Assembly (NCBI GenBank): GCA_038225765.1
Contig: JBBRQW010000003.1
Span: 11-64,010 of the forward strand
Direction of reading: 5' to 3'
Length of the DNA: 64,000 nt
Source of the DNA: Caulobacterales bacterium
Lineage (GTDB): Bacteria; Pseudomonadota; Alphaproteobacteria; Caulobacterales; Caulobacteraceae
Shown: positions 40,757 through 50,609 of the stretch, in pieces
Position numbering within the stretch: the stretch's first letter is position 1
Layout: every line of letters begins with the position of its first letter
Made by a program: the position numbers and the translations under genes
The notes under the pieces: model-generated
What the model saw: the letters and a program-made list of their open reading frames with translations, nothing else
Databases searched by the model: none
What the model was told of the DNA's origin: nothing

Positions 40757-41806
40757 TCAGGCAAGGGGCGACCATTCCTGGCCGGCTGGAAGGGGGGCGA
40801 AGACGGCGTCGAGCATCGCCGGCGTGACACCTTCGAGGGTGGCGGGATCCCAGCGCGGCGCGCCGTCCTTGTCGAGGATCACCGCGCGCACCCCTTCGGT
40901 GAAATCGTGGGCGGCGACCAGGCGGGTGGCGATGCGCATCTCCATGGCCATGACCTGGGCGAAATCGCTCATCGCCGCCCCGGCCCGGATCTGGCGCAGC
41001 GCGGTCTTGAGGCTGAGGGGCGACTTGGTTTTCAGGATGGCAAGTTGGGCGGACGCCCATTCGGAACCCTCCGCCTCCAGCGCCGCGACGATGGCCTCCA
41101 CGCTTTCTCCCGCAAACAGGCGGTCGATCTCATCATGGTGTTCGATCATCGCCGAGCGGCCCGGATCGGACTCCAGTTCGGTGAGGATGGTCTCGATGGC
41201 CGCCGGATCGGCGACGATGCCCGCCTTCAATTGCGGCAGGCGCGCCGCCGGCACGACGTCGGTGGCGATGCCGAGGATCTCGCAGCCGGCGGCCCGCAGG
41301 CGGGCGCCGGTCAGGGCCAGCCACACCCCGCTCGCCCCGTGCAGCCGGGGCAGGAACCAGCCGCCGCCGACGTCGGGAAAGAGCCCGATGCCGGTCTCCG
41401 GCATGGCGAAGACGGTGTTCTCGGTGGCGATGCGGTAGGTGGCCGGCCAGGAAATACCCACCCCACCGCCCATGGTCACCCCGTCCATGACGGTGATCAC
41501 CGGCTTGGCATAGGTGAAGAGCAGATGGTCCAGGCGGTATTCGGTAAAGAAGAAGGCCCGCGCCGCGGTTCCGTCGCCCGCCACGCTGTCGGCCAGGGCG
41601 CGGATGTCGCCGCCGGCGCAAAAGCCCCGCTCCCCGGCGTGATCGATCAGCACCGCCTCCACGGCGTCGTCGGCGCGCCAGGCCAGCAGGGCGTCGATCA
41701 TCAGGCGGCACATGTTGCTGGTCAGCGACCCCAGGGCCTGGGGGCGATTGAGGGTCAGGCGTCCGACCCGCCCTTCAACCCGGACAATGACTTCCGCCTC
41801 ACTCAT
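40757..41806 (-). CDS. 3-hydroxyisobutyryl-CoA hydrolase (enoyl-CoA hydratase/isomerase family)
   Basis: [28 protein letters not shown]...[14 protein letters not shown]...; 349 aa. ATGA overlap with the upstream ACAD stop. Confidence 0.85.
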   Translation of the reverse strand: MSEAEVIVRVEGRVGRLTLNRPQALGSLTSNMCRLMIDALLAWRADDAVEAVLIDHAGERGFCAGGDIRALADSVAGDGTAARAFFFTEYRLDHLLFTYAKPVITVMDGVTMGGGVGISWPATYRIATENTVFAMPETGIGLFPDVGGGWFLPRLHGASGVWLALTGARLRAAGCEILGIATDVVPAARLPQLKAGIVADPAAIETILTELESDPGRSAMIEHHDEIDRLFAGESVEAIVAALEAEGSEWASAQLAILKTKSPLSLKTALRQIRAGAAMSDFAQVMAMEMRIATRLVAAHDFTEGVRAVILDKDGAPRWDPATLEGVTPAMLDAVFAPLPAGQEWSPLA

Positions 41807-42942
41807 TGGCGAAACAGCTCGCGCGCCACGATCACCCGCATGATCTCGTTGGTCCCTTCGAGAATCTGATGGACGCGTAGGTCGCGCACCACCCGCTCCA
41901 GGGGATAGTCCTTCAGGTAGCCGTAGCCGCCATGCAGTTGCAGGGCCTGGTTGGCCACCTCGAAGGCGGCGTCGGTGGCGAAACGCTTGGCCATGGCGGC
42001 CAGGCGGGTGACAGCCGGATCGCTGGAGTCCAGGGCGGCGGCGGCGCGGCGGACCATGAGGCGGGCGGCCTCCATCTGGGTCGCCATGTCGGCGATCCTG
42101 AACTGGAGGGCCTGGAACTCCTTGAGCTGCTGGCCGAACTGCTTGCGGCTGGAAAGGTAGTCGCGGGCGGTGTCGAAGGCGAACTGGGCCCCGCCCAGGG
42201 CGCAGGCGGCGATGTTGAGGCGCCCGCCGTCCAGCCCCTTCATGGCGATGCGAAAGCCCTCGCCTTCGGCGCCGACCCGGTTCTCGGCCGGCACCGCGAC
42301 ATTGTCGAAATGGACCATGGCGGTGGGCTGGCTGGTCCACCCCATCTTGCGCTCGGGCGCCCCGAAGGAGAGGCCCGGCGTTTCCTTTTCCACCACGAAG
42401 GTGGAAATGCCGCCCGCCCCGGGACCGCCCGAACGGGCCATGACCACATAGACGTCCGAAACGCCCGCCCCGGAGATGAAGGCCTTGGCCCCGTTCAGCA
42501 CATAGGTCTCGCCCTCCCGCCGGGCGGTGGTGGCGAGCGAGGCGGCGTCGGAGCCCGATCCCGGTTCGGTCAGGCAATAGGAGGCGATCGCCTCCATGGT
42601 GGTCAGGCGCGGCAGGTACTTTTTGCGCAGGGCGGGCGAGGCGAAGGCGTCGATCATCCACGACGCCATGTTGTGGATGGACAGGAAGGCGGCGGTGGAG
42701 ACATCGCCGTGCGCCAGGGCTTCGAAGACCAGGGTGGCGTCCAGGCGGCTGAGCGCCGAGCCGCCCACGTCCTCGCCCACATAGATGCCGGCGAAGCCCA
42801 GGGCGGCCGCCTGCCGCAGCACCTCGACCGGAAAGAAGGCCTCGGCGTCCCAGCGCGCCGAATGCGGCGCCAGCTCGGCCGCCGCGAAGGCCCGGGCGGC
42901 TTCCTCGATGGCGCGCTGATCTTCGGAGAGGTTGAAGTCCAT
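41803..42942 (-). CDS. acyl-CoA dehydrogenase (isobutyryl-CoA dehydrogenase-like)
   Basis: 379 aa; MDFNLSEDQRAIEEAARAFA..., CLTEPGSGSD and ILEGTNEIMR. Confidence 0.9.
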   Translation of the reverse strand: MDFNLSEDQRAIEEAARAFAAAELAPHSARWDAEAFFPVEVLRQAAALGFAGIYVGEDVGGSALSRLDATLVFEALAHGDVSTAAFLSIHNMASWMIDAFASPALRKKYLPRLTTMEAIASYCLTEPGSGSDAASLATTARREGETYVLNGAKAFISGAGVSDVYVVMARSGGPGAGGISTFVVEKETPGLSFGAPERKMGWTSQPTAMVHFDNVAVPAENRVGAEGEGFRIAMKGLDGGRLNIAACALGGAQFAFDTARDYLSSRKQFGQQLKEFQALQFRIADMATQMEAARLMVRRAAAALDSSDPAVTRLAAMAKRFATDAAFEVANQALQLHGGYGYLKDYPLERVVRDLRVHQILEGTNEIMRVIVARELFRQ

Positions 42943-42949
42943 GGGCTAG

Positions 42950-43100
42950 CAATCCTCCTCCGCGAAGCGGGGGAGGGGGACCGCGAAGCGGTGGAGGGGG
43001 CGGGGGAAAGAGCGCCGGCGCGCGGCCCGCGCCCCCCTCCCTGGCTTCGCCGGTACTCCCCCCGCCAGGCGGGGGGAGATCACCCCGTTCGCGCCCCTCA
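42950..43100. repeat. GC-rich nested-palindrome intercistronic element (REP-like)
   Basis: Hairpins or palindromes at 42954-42976 (CCTCCTCCGC-gaa-GCGGGGGAGG), 42980-42992 (ACCGC-gaa-GCGGT) and 43056-43078 (CTCCCCCCGCC-a-GGCGGGGGGAG). In addition, the ~35-nt unit around 42967-43005 recurs inverted around 43030-43062. Confidence 0.6.
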
Positions 43101-43106
43101 TCGCCC

Positions 43107-44603
43107 TCACCCCATGGTCGGAATGACGAAAGCCGAGTCCTCCCACTCGCCCTCCGGCCAGCGGGCGGTCACCGTCTTGACCTTGGTGTAGAATTTCACC
43201 CCCTCCATGCCGTGCTGGTTGGTGTCGCCAAAGGCGCTGCGCTTCCAGCCGCCGAAGGTGTGATAGGCCACCGGCACCGGGATCGGCACATTGATCCCCA
43301 CCATGCCGACGTTCACCCGTGCGGCGAACTCTCGGGCGGCGCGGCCGTCGCGGGTAAAGATGGCGACCCCGTTTCCGTACTGATGATTGGACGGCAGGGC
43401 GACCGCCTCCTCGAAGGTGTCGGCGCGGACGATCTGCAGGACCGGGCCGAAGATCTCCTCCTGGTAGGTCTTCATCGCCGGTTTCACATGGTCGAACAGG
43501 CTCGGGCCGACGAAGAAGCCCTTCTCGTAGCCCTGCAGGGAAAAGTCCCGCCCGTCGACCACCAGTTCGGCCCCCTCATCGACGCCGATCTGGATGTAGT
43601 CCTCGATCCGCTTCTTGTGCGCCGCCGTGACCACCGGCCCGTACTGCGCCGCCGGATCGGAGGATATCCCGACCTTCAGGGTGTCGATCTCGGCCAGCAC
43701 CCGCTCGCGCAGGGCCTCGGCGGTCTTTTCCCCCACCGGCACGACCACCGGCAGGGCCATGCAGCGCTCGCCGGCCGAACCGTAGGCGGCCCCGATGATG
43801 TCCTTGACCGCCGCGTCCAGATCGGCGTCGGGCAGGATCACCCCGTGGTTCTTGGCCCCGCCCATGGCCTGGACCCGCTTTCCGTGCGCGGTTCCCGTCG
43901 AATAGACGTAACTGGCTATATCCGACGATCCCACGAAGCTGACGGCGCGGATGAGCGGATGGGTCAGGATGGCGTCCACCGCCGCCTTGTCGCCGTGGAT
44001 CACGTTGAGCACCCCGGCCGGCCCCCCCGCCTCCATGAACAGCTCGGCCAGCCGCACCGGCACGCTGGGGTCCTTCTCCGAGGGCTTGAGGATGAAGGCG
44101 TTGCCCACCGCGATGGCCACTCCGAACATCCACATCGGGATCATGGCCGGGAAGTTGAAGGGGGTGATGCCGGCCACCACGCCGAGCGGCTGGCGCATGG
44201 AATAGACATCGATCCCCGGCCCGGCCCCCTCGGTGTATTCGCCCTTGAGGGCGTGCGGGATACCGCAGGCGAACTCGATGACGTCGATGCCGCGCTGCAC
44301 ATCGCCCCGCGAGTCGGCGAGAACCTTGCCGTGCTCGCTCGACAGCAGGGCGGCCAGCTCGTCCAGCCGCGCCTCCACCAGGCGCTTGAACTCGAACATC
44401 ACCCGCGCCCGCCGCTGAGGGTTGGTCGCCGCCCAGCCGACCTGGGCGGCGGCCCCGGCGCGCACCGCCGCGTCCAGGTCGGGGCCCGTCGCGAAAGCGA
44501 CCCGGGCCTGGACCTCGCCGGTGTTGGGGTCGAACACGTCGCCGAAGCGCTCCTGCGAGCCCGCGTAGGCCGCCCCGTTCACGAAATGCTCGATCCGCCG
44601 CAT
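43107..44603 (-). CDS. mmsA: CoA-acylating methylmalonate-semialdehyde dehydrogenase
   Basis: MRRIEHFVNG...; aldehyde dehydrogenase family motifs FNFPAMIPMWMF and GERCMA. GGAGAG lies 5 nt upstream of ATG 44603. Confidence 0.92.
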   Translation of the reverse strand: MRRIEHFVNGAAYAGSQERFGDVFDPNTGEVQARVAFATGPDLDAAVRAGAAAQVGWAATNPQRRARVMFEFKRLVEARLDELAALLSSEHGKVLADSRGDVQRGIDVIEFACGIPHALKGEYTEGAGPGIDVYSMRQPLGVVAGITPFNFPAMIPMWMFGVAIAVGNAFILKPSEKDPSVPVRLAELFMEAGGPAGVLNVIHGDKAAVDAILTHPLIRAVSFVGSSDIASYVYSTGTAHGKRVQAMGGAKNHGVILPDADLDAAVKDIIGAAYGSAGERCMALPVVVPVGEKTAEALRERVLAEIDTLKVGISSDPAAQYGPVVTAAHKKRIEDYIQIGVDEGAELVVDGRDFSLQGYEKGFFVGPSLFDHVKPAMKTYQEEIFGPVLQIVRADTFEEAVALPSNHQYGNGVAIFTRDGRAAREFAARVNVGMVGINVPIPVPVAYHTFGGWKRSAFGDTNQHGMEGVKFYTKVKTVTARWPEGEWEDSAFVIPTMG

Positions 44604-44756
44604 AACCACTCTCCACGCACCGCATCGCGCGGCAGGTTCCCTTTAGCGCGCAATTTCGGCGGCGCGAAGACGGCCAGTCGGCCGCTGGCGCGAAAGCTTG
44701 ACAGGTGGAGAGCCGCCGGTGAAGCATAGTCAAGGGCTGTTGGGAGGGCTCGCGAA

Positions 44757-45275
44757 ATGACCAGACTCACGCTCGCCGGCGCGGCGCTGACCGTTCTGAT
44801 GTCGGCCTCGCTCGCCGCCTGCACCAAGCCGGCCGCCAACAAGGCCGCCGCCGACACCGGCGCCATCGCCGCCGCCGTCAAGGCCGACGCCGACCAACTG
44901 GTGGCCGATTTCAACGCCCATGACGCCGTCAAGTCGGCCAGCCACGATGGGCCCGGCTATGTCGCCATGTTCCACGGAACGCCCAATACCGTCGGCCCCG
45001 ACGCCGACTTGGCGGCCACCAAACAGCTTTTCGCCGATAGCCCAAACACGACGTTCTCGGTGGCCGACGAAACGGTCGATGTGGCCGCTTCCGGCGACAT
45101 GGCGGTGTATCGGGCGACCTACAGCTATGCCTACAACGATCCGAAGACCAAGAAACCGCTCAATGAGACCGGCAACTTCGTGGCCGGCTACAAGAAACAG
45201 CCGGACGGATCGTGGAAGATGGCTTGGGAAATCCTTGCCGACACCCCCGCGGCGCCGGTCGCCGCCAAGAGCTGA
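44757..45275 (+). CDS. SnoaL-like / DUF4440 (NTF2-fold) lipoprotein
   Basis: MTRLTLAGAALTVLMSASLAAC lipobox; ...VYRATYSYAYNDPKTKKPLNETGNFVAGYKKQPDGSWKMAWEI is typical of DUF4440. Confidence 0.6.
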   Translation: MTRLTLAGAALTVLMSASLAACTKPAANKAAADTGAIAAAVKADADQLVADFNAHDAVKSASHDGPGYVAMFHGTPNTVGPDADLAATKQLFADSPNTTFSVADETVDVAASGDMAVYRATYSYAYNDPKTKKPLNETGNFVAGYKKQPDGSWKMAWEILADTPAAPVAAKS

Positions 45276-45382
45276 CGGCCGCCGTTCGGCTGGGATCGAC
45301 AGAGGCGGTTGCCTGACGCGCCTCCGGCTGTAGTTTGCGCGCTTTCACGCTGGGCGGCGAGCCCGCCCGAGAGGACGACCGC

Positions 45383-45874
45383 ATGACCGCCCGCCCGCCT
45401 GTCGCCATCGTCATGGGCAGCCGCTCCGATTGGCCGACCATGAAGGCGGCGGCCGAGAGCCTGGAGGCGCTGGGCGTGGCGTTCGTCGCCAAGGTGGTGT
45501 CGGCCCATCGCACCCCCGAGCGTCTCTACGCCTTCGCCAAGGGGGCCAAGGCGGCGGGGTTCAAGGTGATCATCGCCGGGGCCGGCGGCGCGGCGCACCT
45601 GCCGGGCATGACCGCTTCGCTGACCGAACTGCCGGTGCTCGGCGTGCCGATCCAGTCCAAGGCCCTGGACGGCCTCGATTCCCTGCTCTCCATCGTCCAG
45701 ATGCCGGCCGGCGTGCCGGTCGGCGCCCTGGCCATGGGCGAGGCGGGGGCGCGCAACGCCGGCCTGCTGGCGGCCCAGATCCTGGCCCTGTCGGACGAAG
45801 CCTTGGCGGCGCGTGTCGCCGAACACCGCGCCCGCCAGGCCGACTCGGTGCCCGAAACCGTAGAGGATCCTTGA
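45383..45874 (+). CDS. purE: 5-(carboxyamino)imidazole ribonucleotide mutase
   Basis: [14 protein letters not shown]...[10 protein letters not shown]...[14 protein letters not shown]...VPIQS. ATG 45383 with GAGAGGA upstream. Confidence 0.95.
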   Translation: MTARPPVAIVMGSRSDWPTMKAAAESLEALGVAFVAKVVSAHRTPERLYAFAKGAKAAGFKVIIAGAGGAAHLPGMTASLTELPVLGVPIQSKALDGLDSLLSIVQMPAGVPVGALAMGEAGARNAGLLAAQILALSDEALAARVAEHRARQADSVPETVEDP

Positions 45875-45877
45875 CGG

Positions 45878-46963
45878 GTGGCGACCTTCCCTCTTTCTCC
45901 CGGATCGACCATCGGCGTGCTGGGCGGCGGTCAGCTTGGCCGCATGCTCGCCCTGGCGGCGGCCCGCCTGGGCTTCGATACCGCGATCCTCACCCCGCGG
46001 GCGGACTCTCCCGCCTCGCGGGTGGCGGCGCGCACCCTCGTCGCCGCCTACGATGACCCCGCCGCCTTGAAGGCGTTGGCGGGCCTTGCCCATGTCGTCA
46101 CCTTCGAGTTCGAGAATGTGCCGGCCGCCGCGTTGGAGACTTTGGCCGCGTTGGGGGCGGAGATCGCCCCTGGGCCGCGCGCCCTGGCCGTCGCCCAGGA
46201 CCGGTTCGAGGAGAAGTCCTTCCTCAATGCGGCGGGCGTGGCGACCGTGGCCTTCGCCGCCGTCGAGGGCCTTGACGATCTCCGCGCGGCGCTGCGGAAA
46301 CTGGGCGTGCCGCTGTTGCTGAAAACCCGGCGGGGCGGTTACGACGGCAAGGGCCAGGCCTGGGTCATGCGCCCCGAGGAGGCCGAGACCGCTCTGGCCG
46401 CCATCGGCCATCGCCCGGCGGTGGCCGAGGCGCCGGCAGATTTCCGCCGCGAAGTGGCGATGATCGCCGCCCGTGGCCGCGACGGCGAAATCGCCCTCTA
46501 CCCCTTGACCGAAAGCCACCACGAGAACGGCGTGCTGCGTCGCGCCGTCGCGCCGGCCGCCGCCTCGCCGCGCATCCTCGCCGAAGCCGAGCGCATCGCC
46601 GCCACCCTTCTCGATGCCCTGGGCTACGTCGGGGTGATGGGCGTCGAGATGTTCGAACGCGACGACGGGCGGCTGCTGGTCAACGAGTTCGCCCCCCGCG
46701 TCCACAATACCGGCCACTGGACCCTCGACGGCTGCGAGGTCGATCAGTTCGAACAGCACATCCGCGCCGTCGCCGGCTGGCCTCTGGGACCCACCGCCGC
46801 CATCGCCCATGTGGAGATGACCAACCTGCTGGGCGAAGAGGCCGAGGGCTGGGCGCGTCTCGCTCAGGAGCCCGAAACCCGCCTGTGGCTCTACGGCAAG
46901 CGCGAGGCCCGGCCGGGGCGCAAGATGGGCCACGTCAACCGCCTGGGACCGCTGGGCCGGTAG
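45878..46963 (+). CDS. purK: 5-(carboxyamino)imidazole ribonucleotide synthase
   Basis: GTG start 3 nt after purE. ATP-grasp motifs IGVLGGGQLGRML, LLKTRRGGYDGKGQ and RVHNTGHWT. Confidence 0.93.
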   Translation: MATFPLSPGSTIGVLGGGQLGRMLALAAARLGFDTAILTPRADSPASRVAARTLVAAYDDPAALKALAGLAHVVTFEFENVPAAALETLAALGAEIAPGPRALAVAQDRFEEKSFLNAAGVATVAFAAVEGLDDLRAALRKLGVPLLLKTRRGGYDGKGQAWVMRPEEAETALAAIGHRPAVAEAPADFRREVAMIAARGRDGEIALYPLTESHHENGVLRRAVAPAAASPRILAEAERIAATLLDALGYVGVMGVEMFERDDGRLLVNEFAPRVHNTGHWTLDGCEVDQFEQHIRAVAGWPLGPTAAIAHVEMTNLLGEEAEGWARLAQEPETRLWLYGKREARPGRKMGHVNRLGPLGR

Positions 46964-47008
46964 GGCGTCCGCTGTCGCCGGCGAAGGTCGGCTCCAGTTG
47001 TCCCAGGT

Positions 47009-47464
47009 CTACTTCGGAACCAGGGAAAGCGTGGGGCTGGTCGGCAGGCTGGCGGCGAAGGAATCGCCGCAATCAGGGAAGGAAAAACTCCAGATCATGG
47101 TGCCGCCGGACAGGAAAATCGGAAACCGCCGCGTCGAACAGGCGCCCAGCGATGAGGTGATCGAGAAATTGTGGATAAAGGCGTCGTTGAAGCCAGCTCC
47201 CCTGACCACCCACGGCAGCCCCCCCGCCTGAGGGCAATTGGACGCGCCACTAAAGGTGACCGATGTGATCTTGAGCCGGCCCTTGGCATTAGTGCGCATT
47301 TTCACCTTCTCGGTGCAGGCGATCCGGTCGGTTCCCTTGGTGACGGTCCCTGGGCCGGTGGCGGTGAACGCGGTGGCGGGCGGGCTGAACTTGAATTTCT
47401 GGGCGGCGGCCGGGCCGCTGGCGCAGAGCGCCGCCAGGGCGGCGGCGAGGATGAGGCCTTTCAT
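47009..47464 (-). CDS. hypothetical secreted protein (4 Cys in the mature part)
   Basis: Signal peptide MKGLILAAALAALCASGPAAAQ; the 129-residue mature part is beta-rich-looking. No family recognised. Confidence 0.5.
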   Translation of the reverse strand: MKGLILAAALAALCASGPAAAQKFKFSPPATAFTATGPGTVTKGTDRIACTEKVKMRTNAKGRLKITSVTFSGASNCPQAGGLPWVVRGAGFNDAFIHNFSITSSLGACSTRRFPIFLSGGTMIWSFSFPDCGDSFAASLPTSPTLSLVPK

Positions 47465-47527
47465 GACCTTAAGTCTCCCTGTCGAAGGAGGTCGCGGACC
47501 AACGCGCCAGGGGGCGGGTTTGCTGGC

Positions 47528-47543
47528 TTCCGCGATCGCGGAA
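47528..47543. promoter_or_regulatory. 16-nt perfect palindrome TTCCGCGATCGCGGAA (candidate operator or leader hairpin)
   Basis: Perfect dyad 64-79 nt upstream of the ATG of the secreted protein gene (47464, minus strand). It is flanked by GGGGCG / CGCCCC, which could extend the helix. Confidence 0.3.
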
Positions 47544-47638
47544 CGCCCCGGATACTGCCGACGAAACCGAAACGGTTTTACCCCATTGAAGGCCCCGCCG
47601 CCAGTCGGCGGCCTGATCGGGCGGCCCGCCTCCCGCCC

Positions 47639-48301
47639 CTAAGTCGCCGCGCCTCCATAGCGCAGGCGCCCCAGCCTCGCGGCGAGGCGGGCGGCGATCT
47701 CGGCCGGCTTGATCCCCGCCTTCCAGCGCTCGAAGGCCATCACCGCGTCGATCCGCGACGCCAGGTGGTCGGCGGCGGCGTTGGCGCCGGAGGCGAGGCG
47801 GATGGCCAGGGTCGAGATCAGGATCTCGGCCAACAGGGCGCGCTTGGAATAGTGGTTCTCGTCGGTGGCCGTATCGCCGGCCCAGCGCCACAGGCTGTCG
47901 GCGCTCGCCCAGGCCAGGCGAAGGCCGAGCGGGACGTTGGCGGGCAGGCTGAGGAACCCCGCCCAGCGGCGCACCGCCGCCTCGTCCTCCAGGGCGCCGT
48001 CGCAGCGGGCCAGGACGCCCCGCCGGATGCGCTCGCGCACCTTCAGCGTCGCCGGATCGATATCGGCCAGAGTCTCCAGGGCGCGCCGGTCGTGGCGGGC
48101 GGCCAGGAGGGCGGCGAGGTCGCGCGGGCCATGGGGCAGGAGCAGTTCGGCCTCGGCGACGGTAAGGCCGAGGTCGCGCGCCGCGGCGGCCGTCAACCGG
48201 CTCGTCCAGCCCAGGCGCGGGGCGTGGACAAGGGCCGCCGTCAGGAGGCGCGCCTCGGTCTCGTCCGCCCAGTCGGGGGCCCGGTCGTCCTGGTCGATCA
48301 T
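47639..48301 (-). CDS. COQ9-family protein (the alphaproteobacterial rpsU-divergently transcribed protein)
   Basis: 220 aa; ...[16 protein letters not shown]...[26 protein letters not shown]... is COQ9-like. It has the conserved divergent arrangement with rpsU. Confidence 0.65.
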   Translation of the reverse strand: MIDQDDRAPDWADETEARLLTAALVHAPRLGWTSRLTAAAARDLGLTVAEAELLLPHGPRDLAALLAARHDRRALETLADIDPATLKVRERIRRGVLARCDGALEDEAAVRRWAGFLSLPANVPLGLRLAWASADSLWRWAGDTATDENHYSKRALLAEILISTLAIRLASGANAAADHLASRIDAVMAFERWKAGIKPAEIAARLAARLGRLRYGGAAT

Positions 48302-48435
48302 GCCGCCAACCTATACCGCCTGGGCGGCATGGACAAAAGCGGGCCGCTCTGGTAACAGCCGCGCCTGGTCCGGTGGGGTCCTCTCTCCGGAAGCGTTGTC
48401 CCGTGATCTGCAGCGGGAAGCGATTAGGAGCGCCG

Positions 48436-48672
48436 GTGGTTCAGATATTCGTCCGCGACAACAACGTCGATCAGGCGCTCAAGGCCCTGAAGAAGAAGAT
48501 GCAGCGGGAAGGCTCGTTCCGCGAAATGAAGCGGCACGTGCACTACGAAAAGCCCTCGGAAAAGCGGGCCCGGCAAAAGGCGGAAGCGGTGCGCCGCGCC
48601 CGCAAACTCGCTCGCAAACGCGCCCAGCGCGAAGGTCTCCTGCCGCCGCCCAAGAAGATCGTCCGGACTTAG
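48436..48672 (+). CDS. rpsU: 30S ribosomal protein S21
   Basis: GTG 48436 has AGGAG 6 nt upstream and gives (M)[43 protein letters not shown]... Confidence 0.93.
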   Translation: MVQIFVRDNNVDQALKALKKKMQREGSFREMKRHVHYEKPSEKRARQKAEAVRRARKLARKRAQREGLLPPPKKIVRT

Positions 48673-48679
48673 CCGCTCG

Positions 48680-49570
48680 TCAGGCGCCCTCGAGCGCCGC
48701 CGCCCCGACCCATTCGATGGCCCGCGCCACCGCTTCGGCGTGACGCATTCCCAGCAGGCTGGCGTGATCGGCGCCCGCCACATGCTCGACCCGCCCCCGT
48801 CGCGCCGCGCGGGCCGGGGCCGCCAGCAGGGATTTCAGCCACGCCCGCTCATCCGGCGGCCCAGCCAGAATGACGGCCACCGGCCACGCGGGGTCCAGAT
48901 CGCCGGCCTCCAGCGCCTGACGCGCCGCCCGGGGCCACTCGCCCACCTCCTCGGCCGCCCAGCGATTGTGATCGCCGCGGGCGAAGGCCCAGCGTTTCTC
49001 GATGCTCGCCGCCCCCTCCAGGCCGATCTTGTCGCCCAGAAAAGTCCCCGCGAACGGGCCGAAGAAGCCGGCCTGCGCCCCCCAGGCCGCCAGCCGCGTG
49101 GCGTGGCCGAACTGATCGATGGCCGCGCTCACCCGCCGCGAGGCCATCGAGGCGGGGGTGGCCGCGTCGGCCAAGACCAGGCCGGCCACCTGGCCTTGGT
49201 TGCGCGCCGCGTAGAGATGCACATGCAGGCCGCCCATGGAGTGGGCGCAGAGAATGAACGGGCCCGCCTCGCCCGCCGCGCCCAGCAGCGCTTCGAGGTC
49301 GCCGACGATCGCCAAGCCGTCGCGTGGCGCGCGGCCGGAGTCGGAAAAGCCCAGGCCGGCCCGATCGTAGGCCAGGGAGCGGATCCCCTTGTCCGCCAGC
49401 CTCTCCTGCACCGCCGCCCAGTCGGCGGAAAAGCCGAACGAGCCGGCCTCCAGCAGCGCCGCCGGACCCTCGCTGCCCGGCGGTCCCGCGGCGACCAGAT
49501 GCATCCGCCGGCCGCCGCCGATGTCGATCATCTCTCCGCGTGCGGGCGGGGTGGCGGGTGAATGGATCAT
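48680..49570 (-). CDS. alpha/beta-fold hydrolase
   Basis: 296 aa; nucleophile elbow CAHSMGG (GxSxG). Confidence 0.8.
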   Translation of the reverse strand: MIHSPATPPARGEMIDIGGGRRMHLVAAGPPGSEGPAALLEAGSFGFSADWAAVQERLADKGIRSLAYDRAGLGFSDSGRAPRDGLAIVGDLEALLGAAGEAGPFILCAHSMGGLHVHLYAARNQGQVAGLVLADAATPASMASRRVSAAIDQFGHATRLAAWGAQAGFFGPFAGTFLGDKIGLEGAASIEKRWAFARGDHNRWAAEEVGEWPRAARQALEAGDLDPAWPVAVILAGPPDERAWLKSLLAAPARAARRGRVEHVAGADHASLLGMRHAEAVARAIEWVGAAALEGA

Positions 49571-49674
49571 GGCGCGCAGTGTAGCCGCCGCGGGCGCCGA
49601 CGGCGACCATCGACAATCGCTTGCCGGGCATTCATCTTGAGGCGGCCTTCGAGCGTGATTAGGGAGTGGACGGC

Positions 49675-50313
49675 GTGACCATCGAGGCGGTGATCTGTGA
49701 CTTCGGCGGCGTCTTCACCACCTCGCCGTTCGACGCGTTCAATCGTTACGAAGCGCGCCGGGGCCTGCCACGGGATTTCATCCGGACCGTCAACGCCACC
49801 CGCCCCGACGCCAACGCCTGGGCCCGTTTCGAGCAGGCCGAAATCGACGCGGCCGGCTTCGACGCCGCCTTCCTCGCCGAATCCTCCAGGCTGGGCCACG
49901 CGGTGCGCGGGGCTGACATCCTGCCGCTGCTGGCCGGCGAGGCAAGGCCGGCGATGATCGAGGCGCTGCGGATGTGCAAACGGCGGTTCAAGGTCGGCTG
50001 CATCACCAACAACATGGCGCATGGCGAGGGGCCCGGCGGCATGCCCAAGGTCATGGGCCTCTTCGACGCCGTCATCGAAAGCTCGCGGGCGGGGGTGCGC
50101 AAGCCCGATCCGCGCATCTACTTGATGATGTGCGAGGCGCTGGACGTGGCGCCGCAAGCCTGCGTCTATGTCGATGACCTTGGAATCAACTGCAAGCCGG
50201 CGGCGGCCCTGGGCATGACGGCGATCAAGTTCGTGAGCGAGCGCCAGGCGCTGGCCGATCTGGAAGGCGCGACTGGCCTGACGTTTCCTCGCCTCGCGCA
50301 GGCCCTGGCGTGA
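49675..50313 (+). CDS. HAD-family hydrolase (subfamily IA, epoxide-hydrolase N-terminal phosphatase-like)
   Basis: Motif I ICDFGGVF, motif III RKPD, motif [13 protein letters not shown] 49675 (AGGGAG 8 nt upstream) is preferred over GTG 49666. Confidence 0.8.
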   Translation: MTIEAVICDFGGVFTTSPFDAFNRYEARRGLPRDFIRTVNATRPDANAWARFEQAEIDAAGFDAAFLAESSRLGHAVRGADILPLLAGEARPAMIEALRMCKRRFKVGCITNNMAHGEGPGGMPKVMGLFDAVIESSRAGVRKPDPRIYLMMCEALDVAPQACVYVDDLGINCKPAAALGMTAIKFVSERQALADLEGATGLTFPRLAQALA

Positions 50314-50609
50314 GCCGGCCGCACCGGATCGGCGCGGCGGCCGCCCTGGCCCAGCTGAGCGGCTGGGCGGCGGCGGGGGGCCGTGACGCCATCGTCAAGA
50401 CCTTCCGCTTCAAGGATTTCAACGCCGCCTTCGGCTGGATGACCCGCGTCGCCCTGGCGGCGGAAAAGCTGGATCATCACCCCGAATGGCTCAATGTCTA
50501 CAACAAGGTGGAGGTTACCTTGGCGACCCATGACGCCGGGGGGGTGAGCGACCTCGACGTGGAACTGGCCAGACTCATGGACGCGGCGGCCGGCGGAGAG
50601 CAGCCATGA
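50310..50609 (+). CDS. 4a-hydroxytetrahydrobiopterin (pterin-4-alpha-carbinolamine) dehydratase
   Basis: [42 protein letters not shown] is the PCD signature. GTGA overlap with the HAD stop. Confidence 0.88.
   Translation: MSRPHRIGAAAALAQLSGWAAAGGRDAIVKTFRFKDFNAAFGWMTRVALAAEKLDHHPEWLNVYNKVEVTLATHDAGGVSDLDVELARLMDAAAGGEQP

Noticed and set aside
45188-46933. 581-aa minus-strand ORF
   Set aside because: It is antisense to purE and purK, both unambiguous.
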